A stretch of DNA of 64,000 nucleotides from an uncultured Clostridium sp. (lineage in GTDB: Bacteria > Bacillota > Clostridia > TANB77 > CAG-508), in contig USCV01000001.1 in assembly GCA_900553225.1 (NCBI GenBank), forward strand, positions 2,717 to 66,716, read 5' to 3'. This document shows, in pieces, positions 41,884 through 52,846 of this stretch. Each line of letters starts with the position of its first letter. Position 1 is the first letter of the stretch. Position numbers and translations under genes: made by a program. The notes beneath the pieces are model-generated. The model was not told the DNA's origin, made no database searches, and saw nothing but the letters and a program-made list of their open reading frames with translations.

Positions 41884-44607
41884 TTGAAAAGGTTAGTTTT
41901 AATAGATGGAAACAGTATTATGAATAGAGCGTTTTATGGAATTATGGGAAGCAAAATGCTAACTACAAAAGATGGTAAATATACAAATGCCGTATATGGA
42001 TTTTTGGCAATAATGTTTAAAGTAATAGATGATTTAAATCCAGACTATATGGCGGTTGCATTTGATTTAAAAGCGCCTACTGCAAGACATAAAATGTATG
42101 AAGGCTATAAGGCAACAAGAAAAGGTATGCCAGATGAACTTGCACAGCAAATGCCAATAGTAAAGGAAATTCTAAGAGCAATGAATATTGATATAATAGA
42201 AAAAGAAGGATATGAGGCAGATGATGTACTTGGAACCTTATCAAAGTTTGGAGAAAAAAATGGATTAGAAGTTACAATTCTTTCAGGAGATAGAGATACT
42301 TTTCAGCTTGCAACAGATAAAGTTACAATACGTATTCCAAGAACAAAGATGGGTAAAACAGAAACAGAAGATTTTAATAGAGAAAAAATAATTGAAACTT
42401 ATGGATTAGAACCAAAACAATTAATTGAAGTAAAAGGACTTCAAGGCGATACATCTGATAATATTCCGGGGGTGCCGGGAATAGGAGAAAAAACTGCATT
42501 AAGTTTGGTGAAGAAGTTTGGAAGTATTGATAATTTATATAATAAATTAGAAGCGGGAGAATCAGAGTTAAAAGGCAAACAAAAAGAAAATTTAGAAAAC
42601 AATAAAGAGCTTGCCATATTATCAAGAACACTTGGAACAATTAATCTAGAAGTCCCATTTAGTGATACTCTAGAAGATTTACAAGTAGAGGAATGGAATA
42701 AACAAGAGGTTTTAAAAATTTTTAAGGAATTAAATTTTAACCGCTATATTGATAGATTTAATCTTCAAGACCAAAATATACAAACAAAAAAAATAGAAGA
42801 CCTATTTAACATAGAAGAGATGACTTTAAATGAGGAAGAAAAAGTAGAGAAACTAATAAATGAAGTAAAAAGAAGTAAAAAGTTAGTTTTTTTTATAGAT
42901 AAAAAAGCAAGTGATAAACCAGAAAAGATAATAAAAAAAGAAATAAAATCAATTAGTGTATATACTGGTGGAAAAAGCGTCTTCTTTATTGCAATTCAAG
43001 ATTCAAGGAAATTTACTTTGAAATTTAAAGAAATCTTTGAAGATGAAAAAATTGCAAAGTATGGATTTGAATTAAGCCAAGATTATGTAATGCTAAGAGA
43101 ACTAGGCATTAATATGAAAAATTTAATTTATGATGCCAAAATTGCAGCATATGTTATAAATCCAACAGTGAAGTATAATCTATCTGATATTATTGCTCAA
43201 TATCTTGAAATAGATGTTAATGAATTTTTATCTGAAGATAAAGAAAATGTACAAAATCAAATTAACTTGTTCGATGAATTACAAAAATCAAATGAAGAAA
43301 ATAAAAACCAGTTAGAGTATGCATTATATGCATATTGTATATATAGTTTGGAAGCAAAAACAAAAGAGAAATTAATTGAAATAGGAAGTCTAGATTTATT
43401 TAAAAATATTGAAATGCCACTTGTAGAAGTACTAGCAGAAATGCAGTTTAATGGTATGCATGTTGAAAAAGATGAATTAAAGGAATTTGGAGATAAACTA
43501 AAAATTGATTTAGATAAACTCACAAATGAAATTTATGAGCTATGTGGAGAAAAATTTAATATTAATTCAACACAACAATTAGGCGTAATATTATTTGAAA
43601 AATTAAAGTTACCAGTGTATAAGAAAACAAAAAAAGGATATTCAACAGATGTAGATATTTTAGAAAAGTTAAAAGGTCAGCATCCTGTAATTGAAAAAAT
43701 ATTGGAATATAGAAGTCTAATGAAGTTAAACTCTACCTATGTAGAAGGATTATTACCATATATTAATGAAAAAACCAAAAGAATTCATTCATATTTTCAT
43801 CAAACGGTAACTGCAACAGGAAGAATTAGCAGTACAGAACCAAACCTTCAAAATATTCCAACTAGAATTGAACTTGGAAAGAAACTAAGAAAAGTCTTTA
43901 AACCAGAAGAAGGGAATATATTTGTAGATGCGGACTATTCACAAATAGAATTAAGAGTACTTGCACATATTTCAAAAGATGAGCATATGATTACTGCATT
44001 TAATGAAAACCAAGATATTCATAAACAAGCAGCATCAAAGGTTCTTGGCATTCCCATTGAGGAAGTAACAAAAGAACAAAGAAGTTCTGCTAAAGCTGTA
44101 AATTTCGGTATTGTATATGGAATTAGTGATTTCGGATTAGCACAGCAATTAGGAATTAGTAATAAACAAGCAAAACAATATATAGAGCAGTATCTTGAAA
44201 AATATAGTGGAATAAAGAAATTTATGGATGAAATTGTTGAAAAAGCAAAGGAACAAGGATATGTTGAAACTTTATTTCATAGAAGAAGATATATTCCAGA
44301 GCTAAGTTCAAACAATTACATGGTAAGGCAGTTTGGAGCAAGAGCTGCAATGAATACTCCAATCCAAGGTACGGCAGCAGACATTATGAAAATAGCTATG
44401 ATTAATGTATATAATGAATTAAAAAAAGAGAAGCTTAATGCTAAAATAATTCTTCAGGTGCATGATGAATTAATCATAGAATGTCGAAAAGAGGAGAAAG
44501 AAAAAGTAAAAAAAATATTGAAAAATTGTATGGAAAATGCTATAACTTTGGTAGTGCCGTTAAAAGTAGATATTTCAGAGGCAGACAATTGGTATGAAGC
44601 CAAATAA
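41884..44607 (+). CDS. polA: DNA polymerase I (5'-3' exonuclease, degenerate 3'-5' exonuclease, polymerase domains)
   Basis: TTG start 6 nt after AGGAGGA. N-terminal FEN domain LVLIDGNSIMNRAFY and polymerase motifs RRSAKAVNFGIVYG (B) and QVHDELIIE (C). Confidence 0.95.
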   Translation: MKRLVLIDGNSIMNRAFYGIMGSKMLTTKDGKYTNAVYGFLAIMFKVIDDLNPDYMAVAFDLKAPTARHKMYEGYKATRKGMPDELAQQMPIVKEILRAMNIDIIEKEGYEADDVLGTLSKFGEKNGLEVTILSGDRDTFQLATDKVTIRIPRTKMGKTETEDFNREKIIETYGLEPKQLIEVKGLQGDTSDNIPGVPGIGEKTALSLVKKFGSIDNLYNKLEAGESELKGKQKENLENNKELAILSRTLGTINLEVPFSDTLEDLQVEEWNKQEVLKIFKELNFNRYIDRFNLQDQNIQTKKIEDLFNIEEMTLNEEEKVEKLINEVKRSKKLVFFIDKKASDKPEKIIKKEIKSISVYTGGKSVFFIAIQDSRKFTLKFKEIFEDEKIAKYGFELSQDYVMLRELGINMKNLIYDAKIAAYVINPTVKYNLSDIIAQYLEIDVNEFLSEDKENVQNQINLFDELQKSNEENKNQLEYALYAYCIYSLEAKTKEKLIEIGSLDLFKNIEMPLVEVLAEMQFNGMHVEKDELKEFGDKLKIDLDKLTNEIYELCGEKFNINSTQQLGVILFEKLKLPVYKKTKKGYSTDVDILEKLKGQHPVIEKILEYRSLMKLNSTYVEGLLPYINEKTKRIHSYFHQTVTATGRISSTEPNLQNIPTRIELGKKLRKVFKPEEGNIFVDADYSQIELRVLAHISKDEHMITAFNENQDIHKQAASKVLGIPIEEVTKEQRSSAKAVNFGIVYGISDFGLAQQLGISNKQAKQYIEQYLEKYSGIKKFMDEIVEKAKEQGYVETLFHRRRYIPELSSNNYMVRQFGARAAMNTPIQGTAADIMKIAMINVYNELKKEKLNAKIILQVHDELIIECRKEEKEKVKKILKNCMENAITLVVPLKVDISEADNWYEAK

Positions 44608-44647
44608 TAATTAAACCGAAGATAACATTATAAGGAGAGAATGTGCA

Positions 44648-45217
44648 TTGTCTAAGCTAATAAAAAAGCTTTTTATAATTATTCTAGTAATTGTTATAGC
44701 AATTGGAATAATTCATAAGCTAAACATAAAAAATTATATTATGAAAAATATGTATCCAAAAGAATATTCAGAATATGTATACAAATATTCTGAAGAAAAT
44801 AATATTGATCCATTATTAACATTTGCTATTATAAAAGCAGAAAGTAACTTTAACCCAGAAGCAACATCAAACAGTAATGCAATAGGGCTTATGCAGGTAT
44901 TAGAAACAACAGCTAAAGAAGTAATGCAAAATAAAACAGAGGAAAATTTTTCAAAAGAAATATTATTTAATGCAGAAGATAATATAAAAATAGGAACAAC
45001 ATATTTTGCTTATTTACTGGACAAATATAACGGGAATATAGCACTTGCACTTACAGCATATAATGCGGGAATAGGTAAAGTAGATAACTGGATAGAAAAT
45101 GGAATTATAAAAGAAGATGGCTCAGATATAGAAAATATTCCATACAAAGAAACAAATAATTATGTTAGAAAAATATTAAGAGATTATAAAATATATAAAA
45201 AAATATATATAAATTAA
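44648..45217 (+). CDS. Lytic transglycosylase (SLT domain), membrane-anchored
   Basis: N-terminal TM helix. AIIKAESNFNPEATSNSNAIGLMQV...AYNAG matches the SLT catalytic motif. Confidence 0.75.
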   Translation: MSKLIKKLFIIILVIVIAIGIIHKLNIKNYIMKNMYPKEYSEYVYKYSEENNIDPLLTFAIIKAESNFNPEATSNSNAIGLMQVLETTAKEVMQNKTEENFSKEILFNAEDNIKIGTTYFAYLLDKYNGNIALALTAYNAGIGKVDNWIENGIIKEDGSDIENIPYKETNNYVRKILRDYKIYKKIYIN

Positions 45218-45233
45218 AATAGGAGGTAAGAAT

Positions 45234-46232
45234 ATGTCAGTATTAGTTACAGGAGGAGCAGGGTATATAGGAAGTCATACATGTGTTGAATTATTAGAAG
45301 CGGGAGAAAAAATTATTATTGTGGATAATTTTTCAAACAGTAAACCAGAAACACTTGAAAAAATTAAAGAGATTACAGGAAAGGATTTTAAATTTTACAA
45401 AGTAGATATATTAGATGAAGAAGGATTAAAAAATATATTTAAAGAAAATCCAGATATTGAATCTGTTATACATTTTGCAGGATTAAAAGCAGTAGGAGAA
45501 TCTGTTGCAAAACCAATAGAATATTATCATAACAATATAACAGGAACACTTGTATTATTAGATGTTATGAAGAAATTTGGATGCAAAAAAATTGTATTTA
45601 GTTCTTCAGCAACAGTATATGGAAATCCAAAAACAGTTCCAATAAAAGAGGATTTTCCATTATTTACAACAAATCCATATGGAAGTACAAAATTAATGAT
45701 TGAACAAATATTAAATGATGTATATATATCAGACAATGAATGGAGCATTATTTTATTAAGATACTTTAATCCAATTGGAGCACATAAAAGTGGCAAAATT
45801 GGAGAAAATCCAAATGGAATACCTAATAACTTAATGCCATATATTAATCAAGTTGCTATAGGAAAATTAGACCATTTAAATGTATTTGGTAATGATTATC
45901 CAACAAAAGATGGAACCGGAGTAAGAGATTATATACATGTTGTTGATTTATCAATGGGACACTTAAAAGCTTTAGAAAAGGCAAGAAAGGGTACTGGGGT
46001 AGAAGTATATAATTTAGGAACAGGTAAGGGATATTCTGTATTAGAAATTGTAAAAGCATTTGAAGATGCAACAGGAGTAAAAATTAAATATGAAATAACA
46101 GCAAGAAGACCAGGAGATATACCAACATGTTTTGCTGACCCAACAAAAGCAAAAGAAGAGCTTGGCTGGGAAGCTACAAGAGATATTAAAGAAATGTGCG
46201 AAGACTCTTGGAGATTTACAAAAAATGTGTAA
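45234..46232 (+). CDS. galE: UDP-glucose 4-epimerase
   Basis: MSVLVTGGAGYIGSHT, YxxxK (YGSTKLMIE) and full-length GalE conservation. Confidence 0.9.
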   Translation: MSVLVTGGAGYIGSHTCVELLEAGEKIIIVDNFSNSKPETLEKIKEITGKDFKFYKVDILDEEGLKNIFKENPDIESVIHFAGLKAVGESVAKPIEYYHNNITGTLVLLDVMKKFGCKKIVFSSSATVYGNPKTVPIKEDFPLFTTNPYGSTKLMIEQILNDVYISDNEWSIILLRYFNPIGAHKSGKIGENPNGIPNNLMPYINQVAIGKLDHLNVFGNDYPTKDGTGVRDYIHVVDLSMGHLKALEKARKGTGVEVYNLGTGKGYSVLEIVKAFEDATGVKIKYEITARRPGDIPTCFADPTKAKEELGWEATRDIKEMCEDSWRFTKNV

Positions 46233-46267
46233 ATACAATATAAAATAAAAGTAATAAATATAGTAAA

Positions 46268-46310
46268 CCTAAGAATATAAAATAATATATTTTTAGGTTT
46301 TTTTTTAAGC
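46268..46310 (+). terminator. Rho-independent terminator after galE
   Basis: AACCTAAG...TTAGGTT stem followed by TTTTTTTTT. Confidence 0.55.
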
Positions 46311-46530
46311 AAAAATAAAGAGCCATTTTAAAAAAGAATAATAAACATAATGAATTGACACCGAAGGAAATTATTTTCTTGTTATGTTAAGTACTACGAC
46401 AATGTCCAAAAGCAATTAGATATCTTAATGCAAAATTACACAATTTTTTCCAAATTCTATTGAAAAATAAAAATTTATGTTATAATAAAAGCAAATTTAC
46501 CAAAGAATAATACTAAGGAGGAAATACAAA

Positions 46531-49156
46531 ATGGAAAAAAAATATGTGTACCTTTTTAATGAAGGAAATGCAGGTATGAAAGAAATATTAGGAGGAAAAG
46601 GAGCAAACCTAGCAGAAATGACAAATTTGGGAATGCCAATTCCACAGGGATTTACAGTAACAACAGAAAGCTGTAATAAATACTATGCAGACGGTGAAAC
46701 AATTTCAGAGGAAATAGAAAAGCAAATAAAACAAGCATTAGAAAAGTTAGAACAAAGAACTAATAAAGTTTTAGGAAATAAAGAAAAACCGCTATTAGTT
46801 TCAGTAAGGTCTGGTGCAAGAGCTTCTATGCCAGGAATGATGGATACAATATTAAACTTGGGAATTAATGATGAAGTTGCAAAAGTAATAGCACAAAAAA
46901 ATAGAAGATTTGCTTATGACAGTTATAGAAGATTCATTCAAATGTATAGTGATGTTGTAAAAGAAATACCAAAAAACTTATTTGAAAGAGCAATAGATAC
47001 TAAAAAAATGCAAAGAGGCTTGAAACTAGATACTGATATGGATGCAAATGATCTAGAAGATTTAGTAAAGGTATTTAAAGGAATTTATTACAAGCAATTA
47101 GGTGAAGAATTTCCACAAGACCCAAAAGAGCAATTATTAGATGCTATAAAAGCAGTATTTCGTTCATGGAATAATCCTAGAGCAATTACTTATAGAAGGT
47201 TAAATGATATTCCATCTAACTGGGGAACTGCAGTTAATGTACAAGAAATGGTTTTTGGAAACATGGGAGAGGATTGTGGAACAGGAGTTGCCTTTTCACG
47301 AAATCCAGCAACAGGTGAAAACGAAATATTTGGTGAATTTCTTATGAATGCTCAAGGAGAAGATGTTGTTGCAGGAATAAGAACACCACAATCTATTGAT
47401 AAACTTAAGGAAATTAACCCAAAAGTATATGAAGATTTTGCAAAATATGCTAAAATGTTGGAAAATCATTATAAAGATATGCAAGATATGGAATTTACCA
47501 TAGAACATGGAAAGCTATATATGCTTCAAACGAGAAATGGAAAACGTACTGCAAATGCTGCGTTAAAAATAGCTGTAGACCTTGCAAATGAAGGTATGAT
47601 ATCGAAAAAAGAAGCTGTTTTAAGAATCGAACCAAAACAATTAGAACAATTGTTACATCCAAATTTTAATATAGAAAAATTAAAACTTGCAAAAGCAATA
47701 GCTAAGGGACTTGCAGCATCACCAGGAGCTGCAACAGGAAAAGTTGTATTTTCTGCACAAAAAGCAAAAGAACTTGCAGAAGCTGGAGAAAAAGAGCTTA
47801 TATTAGTAAGACTTGAAACATCACCAGAAGACATCGAAGGAATGGTTGTATGTAATCGGTGTTTTAACAGTTAGAGGAGGAATGACATCACATGCAGCAG
47901 TTGTAGCACGTGGAATGGGTACTTGTTGTGTGGCCGGCTGTGGAGAAATAACGATAGACGAAGACAATAAAGTATTTTATGTTTCAAATGGAAGCCAATA
48001 TCATGAAGGAGATTATATTTCTCTAGATGGTTCTACAGGAAAAGTATATGGAGAAAAAATTGAAACAGTTCCAGCATCACTTTCTGGTAACTTTGCAAAA
48101 CTAATGTCTTGGGCAGATTCATACCGTAAATTAGGAGTTAGAACTAATGCAGATACTCCAAGAGATGCAAAACAGGCATATGAATTTGGTGCAGAAGGAA
48201 TTGGTTTATGCAGAACAGAGCATATGTTCTTTGATCCAGATAGAATATCAGCAATTCGTGAAATGATAGTTTCAAAAACTTCAGAACAAAGAGAGAAGGC
48301 ACTAAATAAATTATTGCCAATGCAAAGAGGAGATTTTGAAGGATTATATAAAGCAATGAAAGGTTATCCAGTAACAATACGATTACTCGATCCTCCATTA
48401 CATGAATTTTTGCCACATGAAGATGCTGAGATATCAGAACTTGCAAAAGATATGGGAATGTCATTTGAAGAATTAAAAGAGATTGTGGTAAGCTTGCACG
48501 AATTTAACCCAATGATGGGACACAGAGGATGTAGATTAGATGTAACCTATCCTGAAATTGCCAAAATGCAAACAAAAGCAATTATTGAAGCAGCAATAAA
48601 TGTTAACAGAGAAGGAATGAACATTGTTCCAGAAATTATGATTCCATTAATTGGAGATAGCAAAGAATTGAAATTTGTTAAAGAAATTATTACAAAAACT
48701 GCCGACAATATTATAGTAAGTTCAGGAGAAAGCCTAAATTACCATGTAGGAACAATGATTGAAATACCAAGAGCATGCTTAATTGCAGATAAAATAGCAG
48801 AAGATGCAGAATTCTTTTCTTTTGGAACAAATGATTTAACACAATTAACATTTGGGTTTAGTCGTGATGATGCTGGAAAATTCTTAAAGTCATATTATGA
48901 GAAAAACATTTATGAATTTGATCCATTCGCTAAAATAGATCAAGTAGGTGTTGGAAAACTTGTAAAAATGGCTGTAGATTTAGGGAAACAAACAAGACCA
49001 AATATAAAACTTGGAATTTGTGGGGAGCATGGGGGAAATCCAGAAACAATAGAATTCTGCCATAAAATAGGATTAAGTTATGTATCATGTTCACCATATA
49101 GAGTTCCAATTGCAAGACTATCAGCAGCTCAAGCAGCAATAAAAAATGAAAAATAA
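46531..49156 (+). CDS. ppdK: Pyruvate, phosphate dikinase, interrupted by a +1 frame break at in-frame CGG (47857-47859)
   Basis: N-terminal ATP-grasp (GGKGANLAEM). ...SPEDIEGMVVCN then, after skipping the C, GVLTVRGGMTSHAAVVARGMGTCCV (phospho-His domain). C-terminal PEP-utilising domain to 49156. Confidence 0.9.
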
Positions 49157-49176
49157 AAAAAGGAATGAGGTAGAAA

Positions 49177-49794
49177 ATGGGATTATTTGATATTTTTAAA
49201 AATGTAACAACAAAGTTTACAAGCAAAGGACAAGCAAAACTTCCAGAGGCACAGTTCATAAATAGTGCAACTGCAGATAAAGCTTTTATTCATGAAAATG
49301 CCTATATAGAGGCATACACAAAGCAACTAAATACTAAACCATCTAATATCATTTGCTTAGAAGATAATGGCAAAATAATCAAAATGAAACATAATGACTC
49401 GGATATGCAAGTTAAATCAGTGAAGAAATTAAAAGAATCTTTAAAAGTAGAAGATGGCAGACAGATAGATTTATATAGAGGAATACTAGAAAAAGATGAA
49501 AAAAAGAAATTAGTGTACTTTGGATTAGAAAGTGGAGTAAATTTACATGATGCATTAAAAGATAAAAATAAAAAATATAAAGTATCAAATAAAATAACAA
49601 AGATGTTTACAATGACTCAAGATAATATACCATCAAAGTTTGTAGGAAGTTTAGTTGAAGATGATATATATAGAAATTATTGTATTACAAAGTCTTCAAA
49701 GCTTGAAAATTATGTAGATAGAATAGAGGAAAAGAGAAAGCAAACTCTATTAGAAAAAAGACAAAAGAATAAATCTATAAAAAATAAAAAATAA
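49177..49794 (+). CDS. Hypothetical protein
   Basis: ORF with a GGAATGAGG RBS and no recognisable domain. Confidence 0.4.
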   Translation: MGLFDIFKNVTTKFTSKGQAKLPEAQFINSATADKAFIHENAYIEAYTKQLNTKPSNIICLEDNGKIIKMKHNDSDMQVKSVKKLKESLKVEDGRQIDLYRGILEKDEKKKLVYFGLESGVNLHDALKDKNKKYKVSNKITKMFTMTQDNIPSKFVGSLVEDDIYRNYCITKSSKLENYVDRIEEKRKQTLLEKRQKNKSIKNKK

Positions 49795-49873
49795 ATTTCA
49801 ATTTAATCCTTGAAAATTTTGGTGATTTATTGTAGAATATATACAAATTATATAACAAGGGAGTGTTTTTATT

Positions 49874-50230
49874 ATGTCTTTGTTGAAGTTTTCAGTTAAA
49901 GAAAGCAATGCCCCTTTTCTCTTTTCTCTTTTAAATTCTTTTATTGAAAAAGAAGGTGAACAAATTATTCGCAAATTCGGAACGTTTCCTCAAAAAATGC
50001 GGATAGATATTAGGCCACTTACAGAACCAAAATTTTTAAGTGTTGAGATACATGGTGACTTAAATCATATTTGCGATGATTTTATTGAACCGTTAGAAAA
50101 TTTTCTCAACAATGAAAACAAAGAAAATGATTTGAAGAATGAAGAGGTAATGCGTTTCTTAGATGAATTAAATTGTTGGCAACTTGTACAGCTAATTGCC
50201 TACATCGATGAGACAATCAATAATCAATAA
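49874..50230 (+). CDS. Hypothetical protein
   Basis: ORF of 118 aa with no recognisable domain. Confidence 0.35.
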   Translation: MSLLKFSVKESNAPFLFSLLNSFIEKEGEQIIRKFGTFPQKMRIDIRPLTEPKFLSVEIHGDLNHICDDFIEPLENFLNNENKENDLKNEEVMRFLDELNCWQLVQLIAYIDETINNQ

Positions 50231-50234
50231 AAAA

Positions 50235-50282
50235 CAAAAAGGGAGATCTTTTAATTTTGATCTCTCTTTTCCCTTTTTAAGA
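50235..50282. terminator. Bidirectional terminator between convergent genes
   Basis: AAAGGGAGATC...GATCTCTCTTTTCCCTTTTT inverted repeat between the stop at 50230 (+) and the asnB stop at 50290 (-). Confidence 0.55.
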
Positions 50283-50289
50283 TAAAAAA

Positions 50290-52137
50290 CTATAAATCTA
50301 TTGTAGGTTGATATTTTTCAAGCCACATATTAACTTGGCAAAGGTAAGCCATAAGCTGAGGACCTGTCATTAACTGGCCAAACCAAGGTCTAGTAAATGC
50401 TTTCCCATCTGTCTTAATAATATCTAAAATATATTGTCTATTTAATAATGAGTTAATTGGAGCGTTTTTATTTTCCATTATATCTGTTAACATTCCTTTG
50501 ACTTTTTGCAGATAAGTTGGATTCCAAGTTTTAGGATATGGGCTCTTTTTACGATCAACAATTTCAGAAGGAAGTAAATCTTTCATAACATAACGTAAAA
50601 GTCCTTTTTCGCGCCCATTTAAAGCTTTAATTTCCCATGGAATATTCCATACATATTGTGCTAATCGATAATCACAAAATGGAACTCTTATTTCAAAACC
50701 ATTATACATTGCCATTCTATCAGAACGATCTAAAAGTGTTTGCATAAACCAATTTAATGTCAAATGAGAGATTTTTCTTTTTTCTTGTGTTTCTTTTGAA
50801 TCTGTATCTAAAATATTAACTTCATTTAAACTTTCAGCATAACGGAAATTAACATAATCTTTTAAATGAACTTTTTTCGCAATCTCAGGATTTAAGAGAG
50901 TCTGTCTTTCGTCTAACGCAATTGACCATGGAAATGTCCCACTATTTAAAGCATCATCACGGAAAAACCATGGATAACCACCAAAGATTTCATCTGAACA
51001 TTCTCCAGTTAAGGTAACAGTAGCATGCTTTTTAACATTTTTGCAAAATAAAAGAAGTGAAGAATCAACATCAGCCATTCCTGGATAATCTCTTGCAAGC
51101 ATTGCATCTTCTAAACTGTCTGCAAGTTCGGGAGTGTCTAAAATTATAGAATGATGATTAGTGTTAAGTTTATTTTTCATTAAATTAATATAGTAATTAT
51201 CAGAATTAGGCTGAAAATCGGTTTTAACAAAGTTTTTATCATTATCCACATAATCTACCGAATAAGTATTTAAAGGTGGTAATCCTTTTTCTTTACAGTA
51301 ATTTGCGGCATATAAAGTTATTATACTAGAATCTAATCCTCCAGATAAAAAAGTACATAATGGAACATCAGAAACTAGTTGTCTACGAATAGAATCTTCT
51401 AATAAGAATCTGACCTTATCACATGTTGTTCCAAAGCTATCTTTATGAGGTAAAGAAACAAGTGACCAATACTTTTCTACATGTAACCCAGAACTATTAA
51501 AAACACCATAGCTTGCTGGTTTTAACTCATGAATATCTTTAAAAATGCCATGACCTGGTGTATGACTTGGTCCTAATCCAAACAATTCGCTAATTCCTTC
51601 AGAATCAATTTTAGCTGTAATTCCTGGATATTTAAATAAAGCTTTTACTTCTGAAGCAAAAACGAAAGTACCATCTACTATAGAATAGTAAAAAGGTTTA
51701 ACTCCAAAATGATCTCTTGCAACAAATAATTCTTTTTCTTTTGAATTCCATATTGCAAAAGAAAAAATTCCATTTAATTTGTGAATAATATCATATTTCC
51801 AAAAAGAAAAGCCTTTAAGTAAAACTTCTGTATCGCTATGTCCATCAAAAGTAAAACCATTTTCTGAAAGTTCATCCTTTAATTCTTTTGTATTATATAT
51901 TTGACCATTATATACTAAAGAATAAGTATTTCCTTGATATCTAAAAATCATAGGCTGCTTTCCACCATCTGGGTCTATAACAATTAATCTTTTATGACCA
52001 AGACAAACATTCTCTTCAAAGTACATTCCGTCTTCATCAGGGCCCCTTTTAGCAATTTCATTATTCATATTGTTTAGAACATTCCTAAAACTTGAAACAT
52101 CTTTAAATGGATTTGCAAATCCAACTAAACCACACAT
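50290..52137 (-). CDS. asnB: Asparagine synthase (glutamine-hydrolysing)
   Basis: MCGLVGF N-terminal nucleophile Cys, SGGLDSS PP-loop, about 615 aa. Confidence 0.9.
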   Translation of the reverse strand: MCGLVGFANPFKDVSSFRNVLNNMNNEIAKRGPDEDGMYFEENVCLGHKRLIVIDPDGGKQPMIFRYQGNTYSLVYNGQIYNTKELKDELSENGFTFDGHSDTEVLLKGFSFWKYDIIHKLNGIFSFAIWNSKEKELFVARDHFGVKPFYYSIVDGTFVFASEVKALFKYPGITAKIDSEGISELFGLGPSHTPGHGIFKDIHELKPASYGVFNSSGLHVEKYWSLVSLPHKDSFGTTCDKVRFLLEDSIRRQLVSDVPLCTFLSGGLDSSIITLYAANYCKEKGLPPLNTYSVDYVDNDKNFVKTDFQPNSDNYYINLMKNKLNTNHHSIILDTPELADSLEDAMLARDYPGMADVDSSLLLFCKNVKKHATVTLTGECSDEIFGGYPWFFRDDALNSGTFPWSIALDERQTLLNPEIAKKVHLKDYVNFRYAESLNEVNILDTDSKETQEKRKISHLTLNWFMQTLLDRSDRMAMYNGFEIRVPFCDYRLAQYVWNIPWEIKALNGREKGLLRYVMKDLLPSEIVDRKKSPYPKTWNPTYLQKVKGMLTDIMENKNAPINSLLNRQYILDIIKTDGKAFTRPWFGQLMTGPQLMAYLCQVNMWLEKYQPTIDL

Positions 52138-52310
52138 AATAAAGTACCTCCATATGTTTTTTTATTAGTATATGCCAAATAAATAAAAAAGTTTCGGAAT
52201 ACAATTGACAAAACGAAAAAAAACTAGTATACTTTTAAGGTGACAAAATAATAATGTTAAAAATTAGAATATATACATAATTCTAGATATATACAAGGGA
52301 GGGAATAAAA

Positions 52311-52493
52311 ATGGCACAACCAAAAAGAAGATGGTCAAAAGCAAGAACACATTTAAAAAGATCTACATGGAAATTAGAAAAACAAAATTTAGTAGAATGT
52401 TCACACTGTCATCAACCTATAATGCAACATAGAATATGCCCAAGTTGCGGATATTATAATGGAAAACAGGTAGTTACAAAAAAAGAAGCATAA
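52311..52493 (+). CDS. rpmF: 50S ribosomal protein L32
   Basis: MAQPKRRWSKARTHLKRS...CSHCHQPIMQHRICPSCGYYNGKQV zinc-ribbon L32. Confidence 0.85.
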   Translation: MAQPKRRWSKARTHLKRSTWKLEKQNLVECSHCHQPIMQHRICPSCGYYNGKQVVTKKEA

Positions 52494-52513
52494 AAAGAAA
52501 ATAATATGCCATA

Positions 52514-52546
52514 CAAAAATAGTATGGTATATTTTTTTATTCAAAA
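52514..52546 (+). terminator. Rho-independent terminator after rpmF
   Basis: GCCATAC-AAAAATAG-TATGGTA hairpin followed by TATTTTTTT. Confidence 0.6.
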
Positions 52547-52628
52547 AATACTATTGAAATTTTTAACAAACAAAAGTATAATTTAAAAAATAATAGTAAA
52601 GAAAGATATTAAATAAATTTAATAATGG

Positions 52629-52829
52629 GTGAAAACTATGAAATCATATTTAATAAAAGATACTTCAAAAGAAGAAAGAAAAGAAATTGTAAAAAAAGCA
52701 TTAGCGGTTTCTTGCGTAGGTGGGAAGATGCCAAGTCAAGATGTTTTAGATTTAGCTAAAGAATATATTGATGGAAATATGGAAATTGCCGAAATTCAGA
52801 AAAAAGTATTAAATAAATATAAAAAATAA
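52629..52829 (+). CDS. Small protein immediately upstream of fic; candidate Fic antitoxin (VbhA-like)
   Basis: 66 aa, ends 18 nt before fic. Loose resemblance to VbhA-type antitoxins (..ALAVSCVGGKMPSQDVLDLAKEYIDGNMEIAEI). The canonical SxxxE(G/N) motif is not obvious. Confidence 0.3.
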   Translation: MKTMKSYLIKDTSKEERKEIVKKALAVSCVGGKMPSQDVLDLAKEYIDGNMEIAEIQKKVLNKYKK

Positions 52830-52846
52830 AAAGGAGTCTGTAATAT

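Noticed and set aside
44101-44160. Whether TTCGGA is a modified-base motif causing systematic base-calling errors, since it recurs at the ruvB and queH sites.
   Set aside because: polA contains TTCGGT and TTCGGA read normally as TTC|GGN (NFGIV, DFGLA) with no disruption. Several other recoding sites have different flanks (TCACGGA, AATCGGT, GGCCGGA, CACCGGA). The common denominator is an in-frame CGG, not a fixed hexamer. An artefact cannot be fully excluded without reads.
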